From Paraspadella gotoi (Eukaryota > Animalia > Chaetognatha), in NCBI GenBank assembly GCA_051294375.1, contig CM119266.1, positions 21,523,176-21,587,175 of the forward strand: a stretch of 64,000 nt of DNA, read 5' to 3'. Every line of letters starts with the position of its first letter. Position 1 is the stretch's first letter. The notes beneath the pieces are model-generated. The model was not told the origin of the DNA, made no database searches, and worked only from the letters and a program-made list of their open reading frames with translations. Below, piece by piece: positions 37,825 to 54,400 of the stretch. Both the position numbers and the translations under genes were made by a program.

Positions 37825-39646
37825 CTACCCTTTCCGCTTTCGCCAAAGGTTGAGTTCTCATCCCTTAAAATAAAATAAAAAGGAAGACGCCGAGAAAAAA
37901 TGTCCTTATTCCTCCACTTTTTCCTCTTCTTTTTTCTCTCTTCTTTTTTTTTTCTTCTTTCCGCTAATTCTCATTCTTTTTCCTTTTCTTTTTCTTATCT
38001 TTTTTTTTTTTGAAGACAGACTCGAACGAGGGAAGGTGTCCTCATTCAACAACTTCGTTTTTATCTTTTAGGACTACATCTTTCTTTCATCACTGGAGCT
38101 TATTTTCTTTCTCAGTTTTACCGTTCTTACTCCCTTTTTTTCAATCTCTCTTTTCTCTCTCTTCCTCCCCACCTATTCTTTGCCTCTTCGCGTCTTTCTC
38201 TTCTTTTTAAAATTTTAAATTTTAAATTTTTTAATTTTTTTTTCTCGTTTTACTTTTTGGCTTTTATGTAAAGTTCTTTTTTCTTGTTTGAGTTATTCCT
38301 TCTCTCCCTTCTACAAATTTTCTTCCAATCTTTTCTTCTCCCATCTTCTCCAAATTTTACTTTCCACACAGTTGTCATTCTTTTCACTTTCCAATTTTCT
38401 CCCCTTTATCTGCTTACTGGGTTCTACTTCTGCTTTTTATCCCTTACTTTCGTTCTTTTCCTTTTGATTATTCGAATACAATGTCCAGAACTGCGCACTT
38501 TCAACCGCAACTTCTGAAAACTCCTTTTTCGGACCTCCAGTCTTCTGTGATCGTTATCTTCTCGTATCCGGTATATCTTTCTCCAATTTTCGCTTCCTTT
38601 TTCTCCCATATCTCCTCTTTTCTCCTTCTCTTTCTTTTCTCTAAACTCTTCTCCTTTCTCCCATCTCTCCTCTTTCTCCTTTCTCTTCTTTTCTCTCATC
38701 TCCTTCATCCCATCTCACCTCTTTCTCCCCTATTCTTTCTTTTTCTGTTCTCTCAACTCTTCTCCTTTCTTCCCATCTCTCCTCTTTCCTCCTCTCTTTT
38801 CTTTTCTCTCAATCTCTCCTTTTCTCCCATCTCTCCTCTTTCCTCCTTTCTCTTTTCATTTTCTCTCAACTTCTCCCTGCTCCCAGTGCTGCCCTCTTTC
38901 CGTCCTGTCCACTTTTCCGTTCTGCTCAACTCTCTCCTTTCCTCCCATCTCTCCTCTTTCCTCCTTCTCTTTTCTTGTTTCTCTCAACTCTTTTCTTTCC
39001 TCCTTCCTCTTCCTTTCCTCCCATCGTCTCCTTGTCCTGTCTGTCCGACTTGTCTTTGCGCTCTAACTCTCTCCTTTCCTCCCTTCCTTTTTTCCTTTCC
39101 TCTCTTCTCTATGCGTTTTTTCATTAGCGGCCGACTCGCGTGTCGAACCCCAAAAATGGCAGCGATTAAGAGAACAATTCGGCCGCGAAATTGAAACTTT
39201 CTTTTAGAAGAAAAAAACTTTGGACACTTGGAACTTTTTTTTTTGATTAATTCGGCGAGCGATGCAGGCGGACAAGTACCTTTTTTAATTGGGGGGGGTA
39301 GAATGAGAGTTAAAAATGATGAAACTGCTGGAAAATAAAGTATTTTTTATTTTTTTAACTTATTCGCGTCGAGTTATTTTCTTAAGGAGAGCTAAGAGGA
39401 GAGGAGAGAGGGCAAAAAACTGATGAATATCTCGCCTAATTACCGAACGATGTTTCTTTTTTTATTTTTACTAATGAGGATCGAGCATCTCGGTTAGTCG
39501 TCGTCGCGCGGCGTCTCACCTCATTTGCATTGTTTATTAAATCGATTTTCCTGGTTTACCGCTTTCGTTGTTTTATCATTAATGCGACCGAAGGAACGAA
39601 GAAATCTTCTGATAGAATCGCCTCGAGTCATCTTAAATCTCAAATA

Positions 39647-39689
<43 letters not shown>

Positions 39690-40201
39690 AGAGATGAGAG
39701 GAGAGAGAGAGAAGAGAGAGAGGAGAGAGAGAGAGGAGAGAGAGAGAGCTATGATAATGTTTTTCTGCATTCTTTATCCGTGATCTGAGAGGTATATCAT
39801 TTATGCCTAGGTTTTTTTAGAGCTAAAATAAGTTTTCTCTCGGAAAAGATGGCTTAATGATTTATTAGTTTAATCAAGATTTTTTAAAAATTTAATCGTT
39901 TCAACTCAATGTTTTTTTCCCTATTTGTTTCTTTCAATGCGATTTATTCTTCTTTCTTTCTTTTTTTCTTTTCAAGTTTCACAGCGGAATTGCGAACCGT
40001 TTCTCTCTTTGCTTGTTTGTTTCCTACCAATTTACTTTCTTCATTTCAGTTTCATCAGTGTCGTTGTTGTTGTTGTTGTGTTTCTTTTTTAATAAAATGA
40101 TTTTCGACTTGTCCGATGTCCATCGAGATGTGTGTTGTTCTCGGTTCCTTCGATAAAGAATCTCGCTGTGCGTTGGNNNNNNNNNNNNNNNNNNNNNNNN
40201 N

Positions 40202-43200
40202 CCTCAGAGTAAAAGAGATTTTAATGCGTCGCTGATATGGGACTCGATGGAGAATAGAGGAAAGAAAGAAAAAGAAAAAAAAATGTAAAAGATAAGAAAT
40301 CCTCGCGACATTTCAACAGATACAATATTTTTTTTTAAACCCTGCCATTTTGAAAGTCTTTCCAGCAGCGACTGTTGCAGTTGTGAGTCTTCAGCCTTTC
40401 TCTCTGTTTTCTTCGCTTATCTTTCTCATTTTTTTTTTCATTTTTTTTTTCTTCTTCTTTCTTTCAAATTCTCGTCCGTGTGTCTTCCCATCGCAGAGAG
40501 GATAAAGCTTTTCCAATTATGCCTTCAATTTTTGTCCCCGGAGGTTTTTCACCTTCAGCCAACGAAAGGGGAAAAAAATAAATAAAAAGATTTATTTTGA
40601 AGTTGGCGAAGAGTAACGCCAGTGTAAGAAGCAACGAAAGCCTTAAGAAAGTCTTAGAAGCACCGTTATAAAAAGCCCTCCTCTGCAGTAACCAGTGGCG
40701 ATATCTGTGTTGATTTGGATTTCGTTTTCTTGATGAAATTATTAGGGTGGTTCAGTATTTCGAACTTGAATCTCTGGCCGCTCGACGTTTGCTGATAATT
40801 GCTCAATCGTTATTGAGAAATCAAAGGGAAACAATTATTTTTTTAAAATAAAGATTGGTTCAAAACAAGAATCGGATACTGTTTTACAACCAGGAACAAC
40901 AGTAATCGAATTTGACAGAGGTCAGCAATGAGATGCTTTTCCCGGTTTCCAAGCTTGTTCGACGGCGGATCCGAATTCCGGCTGCCGGTTCGCGCGTCGA
41001 ATGGCGCCTCGCCGGATTTTTGATATTCTGTTATCCGTTATCATCTCCCTCGGGGTCTTAGGTTCTTAGCGGCCGCGAAATTGGTTTTGATGCTATCTCT
41101 TTCTTTCTCTTCTCTCTCTCCTTTCTCTTCTCTCTCTCTCTCTCTCTCTCTCCTCCTCTTCTCCTCTCTCTCTCTCTCTCTCGCTGGAAATTTCACCGTT
41201 TTCCTCCCTGTTTGCTTTCTTACTTTCTNNNNNNNNNNNNNNNNNNNNNNNNNCTCTCTCTCTCTCTCCCTCTCTCTTCTCTCTCTCTCTCTCTCTCTCT
41301 CGCTGGGAAATTCACCGTTTCCTCCCTGTTTGCTTCTTACTTTTCTTTACAATATACACACAAAAGTTGTTTTTCTAGCTCAAACGAAATTTTGGCATTT
41401 TGTGAATTGACTGACCGTTCACGATTTTGGAGAAACTTAAATAAGTTTTTTTGGGGGAAAAAAGTAATCACTATACATAAGCAAAAGAAATGTAATTAAA
41501 GGTGAGAATCTTAGAGTCCGACGCCTTTGCATAAGATTAATAGAATTTTGAAAAGCGATCTCCCTCAAGGGTAATCGAGACTGGAGTTGCAGTAAGTCTA
41601 CTCCCTCATGATTTTTTCGTATCCACGGATAATCATTATATTAGAAATTTAAAATTTAAAATTTATATTTAAATCCACGGGATAATCATTATATTAAATT
41701 TTAAATTTAAAATTTAATAAATTTAATATTAAAATTTAAGACAGTTAGAAAAATTGATAGTACTGATACTGCATTAGATTCTCCAATAAATTTTTTAAAT
41801 TTGTCAGAACGTTTTTCTCTTTTTTTTCCCATATTTTGTTGGACACGCTAAACGTTTCTCTGATTACGCAAAATTGCACATGAAAAAAATAAAAAATATA
41901 GTACCCAATAGTTAGTGTTAGTGTCTCGAATTAGATGGAAAAAAACCTCGTTTAAAAAATTCGATCGGGAAGTGGGGTAACTAAGGCTTACCAATGGCAT
42001 CCTCCACGCCAATCGTTCTCTCAAATAATTTTTTTTATTTAATACATTTGAAAGGAGAAAAAAAAGGAAAAATTTCAGAATGGCAGGTTGCAGAAAGGGT
42101 AAGATAATATGGACATCTGACGATGATAATTCATGACCTTTTATGTCTTGTGGAAAGGGGGGCAGTAAAGAAACCTAAAAAATTTCGATTCATTAAGTCA
42201 GTCAATGAACCCTTTCCAATGGGCTATTCGCGATAATTTTTCTTAATTTAAACGGGATGATAAGTAATAGAATTAAATTCCTTGTATAAAGGTGTTTATT
42301 TAAAAGAAAATTATCAATACAAATAAACACAATGATTGTTCTTGTTTGCAAATACTGGTGCACCAGCTATGATAATTTTTTAAAATTTTATTATTGATAA
42401 ACAAGCAGCGTTGTTCAAAGCTTTTGTTTGCAGTTGAACGATAATGGGAAATGACAATTTTTTTTTCACAGGACAAGATAGGTAGTATGTCCAGACTGTT
42501 TTATATCAATCTGAAAATATTTTTTGTATTTAAGCATTTTTCATATTAAAAAAGATTTTATCCGCTACTTCATAATATTTTTGGCTTGTTTTTTTACTTT
42601 AACTAAAAATACAAGCCAATTTATAGAGTAGAGCAACAGTTTAATGTAATCAAAATGTAATTAGTCTTCCTTTTTTCAATTACGAAGAAGAAAAAATTTT
42701 AACATTGCCTTCATTGAAATAAAGTTTTAATGCAAAAAACTGTATATACTTTTTAACTCCGATTTAAATTAAAAAAGACTGTGTATTATATGATTTATTG
42801 GATAAAATTTAAATAAAACTATTTCAGAGACGCGTGTCCCGAATGATTAGGGCTTTAATTTAATACCTCACCCACTTTCCTACCTCTTTTCTTTTCAAAG
42901 TTATTCAAGATAAATACTTTTTTTACCGTGAGAGAACTAAGGATTTGAACTACGCAGTTAAAATCTTTGTTAAATAAAAATTTCTGCAAAGCGGGAGGTA
43001 TCTCAATTTATCCTATTGGTACAATAAAACCTAAATTTAAAATAAATACTTAAAGAAAAATTTTCCGTCTCTAGAGACATGTCACTGTTCAGGTTTACCT
43101 ATCGTCTTACACATTTATGGATCTATGCTTGGAAGAATTCAGCAAACGTTCTCCTCTTTTTTTTAAATAGTTTGGTACTATGCGCCGTCAGAAATCTAAG

Positions 43201-43754
43201 AAGAACTCGGAAAATTTGTATCTGACAAAATTTTTGCCTTTTCAACGGCTGGCGTTTATGACTTATATCTCGGAACCACTTGTAGGAATTTAAAAAACGG
43301 TTTTTTTGGAGTGAATATTGATATCATCTTCCAGGGGACCGGCATAAAAATATATAAAAAAATAAAGCTTATATTATTGGCTGTCGAGTGAGGTATCTTT
43401 ATACTGATACTATACTGATACTGGACTATATCTTTTTCTTGGGCATCGTTAAATCTGAAACCGAAGACAGGAACTGTTTCATATTAAAGACAAAAGGCAT
43501 CGAATCGTTGATGTCGATGATTCGACGATTAGAGACCCCTTTGTGGTTTTTTTCTGTTGAATAAAGAAGTCAGCAAATTCTAACATTTTTGGTTGGGAAT
43601 TTTCGTGGAAAACGAAAAACTGAGAAAAGGAAACGCCGGAATCTGTTTTTGCAGAGAAGAGTTCTTCTGGAAGCGAGCTTTGGACCGCCCCGAATGAGAG
43701 GAGAGAGGGAGAGAGAGCAAGAGAGAGAGTGAAGAGAGAGAGAGAGATGAGGAG

Positions 43755-43794
<40 letters not shown>

Positions 43795-45010
43795 GTTAGA
43801 GAGAGAGAGAGAGAGAGAGATGAGAGAGCGAAGCTGACTCCCAGGGAATGACAGTTATAAAGAAAAACTTTTTTTTCTCCAGAATTTTTCTGTGTTGGAA
43901 TTCTTCTATCACGGAAAAAAACCATCGCTAACGGTTCCCAGGTTTTTCTTTTTTCTTTTTTTTATTTATTTTTTTTTTTTCACTAGCGAGGAAATTGACG
44001 TGAATTCCAGTTGTCGATGAATTTATTGATGTTTCTTCTCGAATAACAAAAAAAAAAACCTCGAACGCCAATCGTTCGTCTCGCCCTCAAAGAATTTCCA
44101 TTTTCACCCGCCTTTTCATACTCGATTTCCGTTTACATCGGGGTTTTTTTTCGTCACGTGACGTCTTCCGTGTCACCGTGTACTGATTAGTTACTTGTCA
44201 CGGGAACAACACGTTTACGGTTTCAGTTCCTCCAGCAACTGAATAGTTTTTTAGTTCTCATTTTATGAAATGCTACTCGTTTAAAGGGCACGAAAATATA
44301 TTTTAACGTTTTTGTTTTCCAATTATTTTGTACAACCACTGGTTATTTACGGCAAAGCTAAGCAAAGTAAATTCTCACTTGGGCGACGCTTTCCCGCGAA
44401 AATCGGCCAAACGCATTTCCGTATTCTGAGGGTCGTCGTCACGAGGAGTCTTCGCCACCAGAGCGGCGACATTTTAACCGTGGTGAACAAACTCACTTAC
44501 GAAGTTGGACACATTAAACCTGAGCGCGCAGGTTAACGTTTCAGTTTACAAAATTTCTACTAACTACTAAAGGGTAGTCTCAATCGGAAGCTAATTTAAC
44601 AAATCTTCAGGTTTCAGATTTAGGCGCCAATATTTTTGTTAAAACCATTTTTATTTCTAGTTCAAAGGTGGAAATTTTGCATTTGATTGTTTTTTACTTG
44701 ACCATTGCTCTTTGCTGACGGAGTTTCTCGCCCCCGTTTTAAAATTCTTTGCGGCCCACCGCGCACGCAAACGCGACGAGCGGTTTCCCCGTATGGCCGA
44801 GGATTAACTGCGCCACGCCAACGCACTTTCCCTCGCCGACACAAATTCGTTGGATGGTCGCCGACTGAGAAGTAAAAAAAAAGAGAGAGGCGTCTACCTC
44901 ACAAAGTTCGCTCTTCGCATTTCGGTGTTTAAGAAGCGTTTTACATTTACAACCTCTCTCTCTCTCTTCTCTCTTCTCTCTCTCTCTCTCTCTTCTCTCT
45001 CTTCTTTCCT

Positions 45011-45042
<32 letters not shown>

Positions 45043-46927
45043 CTACCCTTTCCGCTTTCGCCAAAGGTTGAGTTCTCATCCCTTAAAATAAAATAAAAAG
45101 GAAGACGCCGAGAAAAAATGTCCTTATTCCTCCACTTTTTCCTCTTCTTTTTTCTCTCTTCTTTTTTTTTTCTTCTTTCCGCTAATTCTCATTCTTTTTC
45201 CTTTTCTTTTTCTTATCTTTTTTTTTTTTGAAGACAGACTCGAACGAGGGAAGGTGTCCTCATTCAACAACTTCGTTTTTATCTTTTAGGACTACATCTT
45301 TCTTTCATCACTGGAGCTTATTTTCTTTCTCAGTTTTACCGTTCTTACTCCCTTTTTTTCAATCTCTCTTTTCTCTCTCTTCCTCCCCACCTATTCTTTG
45401 CCTCTTCGCGTCTTTCTCTTCTTTTTAAAATTTTAAATTTTAAATTTTTTAATTTTTTTTTCTCGTTTTACTTTTTGGCTTTTATGTAAAGTTCTTTTTT
45501 CTTGTTTGAGTTATTCCTTCTCTCCCTTCTACAAATTTTCTTCCAATCTTTTCTTCTCCCATCTTCTCCAAATTTTACTTTCCACACAGTTGTCATTCTT
45601 TTCACTTTCCAATTTTCTCCCCTTTATCTGCTTACTGGGTTCTACTTCTGCTTTTTATCCCTTACTTTCGTTCTTTTCCTTTTGATTATTCGAATACAAT
45701 GTCCAGAACTGCGCACTTTCAACCGCAACTTCTGAAAACTCCTTTTTCGGACCTCCAGTCTTCTGTGATCGTTATCTTCTCGTATCCGGTATATCTTTCT
45801 CCAATTTTCGCTTCCTTTTTCTCCCATATCTCCTCTTTTCTCCTTCTCTTTCTTTTCTCTAAACTCTTCTCCTTTCTCCCATCTCTCCTCTTTCTCCTTT
45901 CTCTTCTTTTCTCTCATCTCCTTCATCCCATCTCACCTCTTTCTCCCCTATTCTTTCTTTTTCTGTTCTCTCAACTCTTCTCCTTTCTTCCCATCTCTCC
46001 TCTTTCCTCCTCTCTTTTCTTTTCTCTCAATCTCTCCTTTTCTCCCATCTCTCCTCTTTCCTCCTTTCTCTTTTCATTTTCTCTCAACTTCTCCCTGCTC
46101 CCAGTGCTGCCCTCTTTCCGTCCTGTCCACTTTTCCGTTCTGCTCAACTCTCTCCTTCCTCCCATCTCTCCTCTTTCCTCCTTCTCTTTTCTTTTCTTTC
46201 TCCTTCACCCACTCACCTCTTTCCTCTTCCTTTTCCTTCCCAACTCTTCCTTTCCTCCACATCTTTTCCTCCTTTCCTTGTCTGTCCACTTTGTCTTTGC
46301 CTCTTAACTCTCTCCTTTTCCTCCCTTCCTTTTTTCCTTTTCCTCTCTTCTCATGCGTTTTTTTCATTTAGCCGGCCCGACTCCGTGTCGAACCCCAAAA
46401 ACTGAGCAGCAGATTAAGAGAGGCAATTCGGCCGCGAAATTGAAACTTCTTTTAGGAAAGGAAAAAAACTTTGGACACTTGGAACTTTTTTCTGATTAAT
46501 TCAATCGGCGAAGCGATGCAGGCGGACAGTACCTTTTTTAATTGGGGGAGGCGGGTTTAGAATGAGAGTAAAAATGATGAACTGCTGGAAAATAAATATT
46601 TTTATTTTTTAACTTATTCGCGTCGTGTTTATTTTCTTAAGGAGAGCTAGAGAGAGAAACACCGAAAAAACAAAGGAGAGAGGGCAAAAACTGCATGAAT
46701 ATCTCGCCTAATTAACCGAAACCGATGTTTCTTTTTATATTTTACTAATGAGGATTCGAGCATCTCGGTTTAGTCGTTCGTCGCGCCGGCGTCTCACCCT
46801 CATTTGCATTGTTTATTAAATCGATTTTCCTGTTTAACGCTTGTCGTTGTTTTATCATTAATGCGACCGAAGTGGAACGAAGAAATCTTCTGATAGAATC
46901 GCCTCGAGTCATCTTAAATCTCAAATA

Positions 46928-46970
<43 letters not shown>

Positions 46971-47457
46971 AGAGATGAGAGGAGAGAGAGAGAAGAGAGA
47001 GAGGAGAGAGAGAGAGGAGAGAGAGAGAGCTATGATAATGTTTTTCTGCATTCTTTATCCGTGATCTGAGAGGTATATCATTTATGCCTAGGTTTTTTTA
47101 GAGCTAAAATAAGTTTTCTCTCGGAAAAGATGGCTTAATGATTTATTAGTTTAATCAAGATTTTTTAAAAATTTAATCGTTTCAACTCAATGTTTTTTTC
47201 CCTATTTGTTTCTTTCAATGCGATTTATTCTTCTTTCTTTCTTTTTTTCTTTTCAAGTTTCACAGCGGAATTGCGAACCGTTTCTCTCTTTGCTTGTTTG
47301 TTTCCTACCAATTTACTTTCTTCATTTCAGTTTCATCAGTGTCGTTGTTGTTGTTGTTGTGTTTCTTTTTTAATAAAATGATTTTCGACTTGTCCGATGT
47401 CCATCGAGATGTGTGTTGTTCTCGGTTCCTTCGATAAAGAATCTCGCTGTGCGTTGG
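40202..47457 (+). repeat. Large tandem repeat unit, copy B (~7.25 kb)
   Basis: Equivalent to ~33092-40176; ends at the same …tcgctgtgcgttgg motif. Confidence 0.95.
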
Positions 47458-49590
<2,133 letters not shown>

Positions 49591-49949
49591 ATAATTAACT
49601 CACAATAAGAAGGAAACTGAGATGGAATGAAGAAAGAAACCGGGGACCGGAACCGGATTCCACTGCGGCGAGGGAAGGAGAGAGAGATGAAGGGACAGAG
49701 GAGAGAGGGAAGAGAGGAGAGAGGTAGAGAGGGAGGACTGAGAGAGAGACCGAGAGAGAGAGAGAGGAGATGATGATGAGAGAGAGAGGGCAGATGAGAG
49801 AAAAGGGGCCGGTTTTGAAAAGCGGATCCTACCCTAACGAACTGGACAAAAAGTAGAGCAAAGGGAGAAAAATACCCGCAAAGAGAGAAGAGAGAGACGA
49901 GAGAGATGAGGAGATGAGGATGAGAGAGAGATGAGATGAGAGAAGAAGA

Positions 49950-51382
49950 GAGAGAGAAAAGTCGTTATGGAAGAATGGAAGATAAAATGGATGTGAGAAA
50001 ATTCGGTGAAAGGCCAAAAACTGAAGGATTAAAAAAAAAGGAGAAAGGATGGAATAAAGAGAAGAGATAATGAAAGGAAAAGAGACTGGAGACGTTAAAA
50101 TATGAGACTCGGGAGATTGACGAATAAAAAGGAAATGATAAACGATTTCTGAATCATGAAAACTTTTTGTGGAGGTTTTAACTGGAGAGATATCCATCGC
50201 GATAATGATAATATTGATATCAATACTACTGCCTTCACTTATACAATTGTATTTTAAAATTTGACGAAGACAGACTGACGCTTAACAGCATTCATGCTGT
50301 TTTTAATCTAACGTATCGCCGGTGCGTGGAATTGTATTTTTTACGTAAATTTCCAAAAATCATGGCACGCGTGAGTTACGATTTTTGTTAGCATTCGTGA
50401 ATTTTCTCTTTTTTTTTTCCCTTCCTTCGCCGTAGAACAAATGAAACTTTTAAACCCAGAGTAAAGAGATTTTTTAATGGCGTCGCTGATTATGGGTCTC
50501 GATGGAGGAATAGAGGAAAGAAAGAAAAAGAAAAAAAAATGTAAAAGATAAGAAATCCTTGCGAACATTTCAACAGATTACAATATTTTTTTTTTAAAAC
50601 CCTGCCATTTTGAAAGTACTCTTTCCAGCAGCGACTGTTGCAGTTGTGAGTCTTAAGCCTTCCTCTCTGTTTTCTTCGCTTATCTTTTCTCATTTTTTTT
50701 TCCCCCTTTTTTTCTTCTTCTTTCTTTTCAAATCTCGTCCGGGTGTTTCCCATCGCAGAGAGGGATAAAGCTTTCCAATTATGCCTTCAATTTTGCCCCT
50801 GAGGTTTTTCACCTTCAGCCAACGAAAGGGGAAAAAAATAAATAAAAAGATTTATTTTTGATTTGGCGAAGAGTAAACGCCAGTGTTAAGAAGCAACGAG
50901 CCTTAAGAAAGTCTTGAAGCACCGGTTTAGAAAAAGCCCTCTCTGCGCCTGGTAACCAGTGGCGATTTCTGTGTTGATTTGGATTTCGTTTTCTTGATGA
51001 AATTATTAGGGATGGTTTCAACTTCAGTATTCGAACCTTTGATCTCTGGCCGCTCGACTTTGCTGATAATTGCTCAATCGTTATTTGAGAAATCAAAGTG
51101 AAACAATTATTTTTAAATAAAGATTGGTTCAAAACAAGAATCGGATACTGTTTTAACAAACCAGGACAGTAATCGAATTTGACAGAGTTCAGCAATGAGA
51201 GCTTTTTCCCCGGTTTCCAAGCTTTGTTCGACGGGCGGATCGAATTCCGGCTGCCGGGTTCGGCGGCGTTCCGAATGGCGCCTCTTCACGGATTTTTGAT
51301 ATTCTGTTATCGTTATCATCTCCCTCGGGGTCTTAGGGTTCTTAGCGGCCCGCGAAATTGGTTTTGATGCTATCTCTTTCTT

Positions 51383-51413
<31 letters not shown>

Positions 51414-54400
51414 CCTCTCTCTTCTCTCTCTCTCTCTCTCTCTCTCGCTGGGAAATTCACCGTTTCCTCCCTGTTTGCTTCTTACTTTTCTTTACAATAT
51501 ACACACAAAAGTTGTTTTTCTAGCTCAAACGAAATTTTGGCATTTTGTGAATTGACTGACCGTTCACGATTTTGGAGAAACTTAAATAAGTTTTTTTGGG
51601 GGAAAAAAGTAATCACTATACATAAGCAAAAGAAATGTAATTAAAGGTGAGAATCTTAGAGTCCGACGCCTTTGCATAAGATTAATAGAATTTTGAAAAG
51701 CGATCTCCCTCAAGGGTAATCGAGACTGGAGTTGCAGTAAGTCTACTCCCTCATGATTTTTTCGTATCCACGGATAATCATTATATTAGAAATTTAAAAT
51801 TTAAAATTTATATTTAAATCCACGGGATAATCATTATATTAAATTTTAAATTTAAAATTTAATAAATTTAATATTAAAATTTAAGACAGTTAGAAAAATT
51901 GATAGTACTGATACTGCATTAGATTCTCCAATAAATTTTTTAAATTTGTCAGAACGTTTTTCTCTTTTTTTTCCCATATTTTGTTGGACACGCTAAACGT
52001 TTCTCTGATTACGCAAAATTGCACATGAAAAAAATAAAAAATATAGTACCCAATAGTTAGTGTTAGTGTCTCGAATTAGATGGAAAAAAACCTCGTTTAA
52101 AAAATTCGATCGGGAAGTGGGGTAACTAAGGCTTACCAATGGCATCCTCCACGCCAATCGTTCTCTCAAATAATTTTTTTTATTTAATACATTTGAAAGG
52201 AGAAAAAAAAGGAAAAATTTCAGAATGGCAGGTTGCAGAAAGGGTAAGATAATATGGACATCTGACGATGATAATTCATGACCTTTTATGTCTTGTGGAA
52301 AGGGGGGCAGTAAAGAAACCTAAAAAATTTCGATTCATTAAGTCAGTCAATGAACCCTTTCCAATGGGCTATTCGCGATAATTTTTCTTAATTTAAACGG
52401 GATGATAAGTAATAGAATTAAATTCCTTGTATAAAGGTGTTTATTTAAAAGAAAATTATCAATACAAATAAACACAATGATTGTTCTTGTTTGCAAATAC
52501 TGGTGCACCAGCTATGATAATTTTTTAAAATTTTATTATTGATAAACAAGCAGCGTTGTTCAAAGCTTTTGTTTGCAGTTGAACGATAATGGGAAATGAC
52601 AATTTTTTTTTCACAGGACAAGATAGGTAGTATGTCCAGACTGTTTTATATCAATCTGAAAATATTTTTTGTATTTAAGCATTTTTCATATTAAAAAAGA
52701 TTTTATCCGCTACTTCATAATATTTTTGGCTTGTTTTTTTACTTTAACTAAAAATACAAGCCAATTTATAGAGTAGAGCAACAGTTTAATGTAATCAAAA
52801 TGTAATTAGTCTTCCTTTTTTCAATTACGAAGAAGAAAAAATTTTAACATTGCCTTCATTGAAATAAAGTTTTAATGCAAAAAACTGTATATACTTTTTA
52901 ACTCCGATTTAAATTAAAAAAGACTGTGTATTATATGATTTATTGGATAAAATTTAAATAAAACTATTTCAGAGACGCGTGTCCCGAATGATTAGGGCTT
53001 TAATTTAATACCTCACCCACTTTCCTACCTCTTTTCTTTTCAAAGTTATTCAAGATAAATACTTTTTTTACCGTGAGAGAACTAAGGATTTGAACTACGC
53101 AGTTAAAATCTTTGTTAAATAAAAATTTCTGCAAAGCGGGAGGTATCTCAATTTATCCTATTGGTACAATAAAACCTAAATTTAAAATAAATACTTAAAG
53201 AAAAATTTTCCGTCTCTAGAGACATGTCACTGTTCAGGTTTACCTATCGTCTTACACATTTATGGATCTATGCTTGGAAGAATTCAGCAAACGTTCTCCT
53301 CTTTTTTTTAAATAGTTTGGTACTATGCGCCGTCAGAAATCTAAGAAGAACTCGGAAAATTTGTATCTGACAAAATTTTTGCCTTTTCAACGGCTGGCGT
53401 TTATGACTTATATCTCGGAACCACTTGTAGGAATTTAAAAAACGGTTTTTTTGGAGTGAATATTGATATCATCTTCCAGGGGACCGGCATAAAAATATAT
53501 AAAAAAATAAAGCTTATATTATTGGCTGTCGAGTGAGGTATCTTTATACTGATACTATTAGATACTGATACTGGGATATATCTTTTCTTGGGGCATTTGT
53601 TAAATCTGAAACCGAAGACAGAACTGTTTCATATAAAGACAAAAGGCATTCGAATCGTTGATGTCGATGATTCGACGATTAGAGCGACCCCTTGTGGTTT
53701 TTTTTCTGTTGAGGAAATAAAGAAGTCAGCAAAATTTTCTAACATTTTGGTTGGAATTTTCGTGGAAAAACGAAAAACTGAGAAAAGGAAAACGCGGGAA
53801 TCTGTTTTTGCACAGAGAAGAGCTTCTTCTGGAAGCGAGCTTTGGACGCGCCCCGTGGAAAAGAGAAGTAAGAGAGGAGAGGAGAGGAGAGATGAGGAGA
53901 GAAAGGAGAGAGAGAGAGGGAGAGAGAGAGTAGAGAGAGATGGTAGAAGAGAAGAGGAGAGAGAGAGAGATGAGAAAGAGACAAGAGAGGCGCTGACTCC
54001 CAGGGAATTGACTATTTCTATAAAGAAAAACTTTTTTTTTCTCCAGAATTTTTCGTGTTTGGAATTCTTCTATCACGGAAAAAAACCCATCGGCTAACGG
54101 TTCCAGGTTTCTTCTTTTTTTTTTTTTTATTTATTTTTTTTTTTTTCACTAGCGAGGAAATTGAGTGAATTCCAGTTGTCGAGAATTATTTGAGTTCTTC
54201 TCGAATACAAAAAAAAAACACTCGAACGCCCCAATCGTTCGTCTCGCCCCCAAAAATTTCATTTTCACTTCTCGCCTTTTCATACTCGATTTCCGCTTAC
54301 ACGGGGTTTTTTTTTTTCGTCACGTGACGTCTTCCGTGTCACGTGTACTGATATAGTTACTTGTCACGGGAACAACACGTTTACGGTTTCAGTTCCTCCA

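Larger units (their letters stand above)
32591..40176 (+). repeat. Large tandem repeat unit, copy A (~7.6 kb)
   Basis: Matches copy B at offset 7218 and copy D at offset 17363 (identical ORF-track peptides, e.g. 36261/43479 and 32978/50341). Confidence 0.95.
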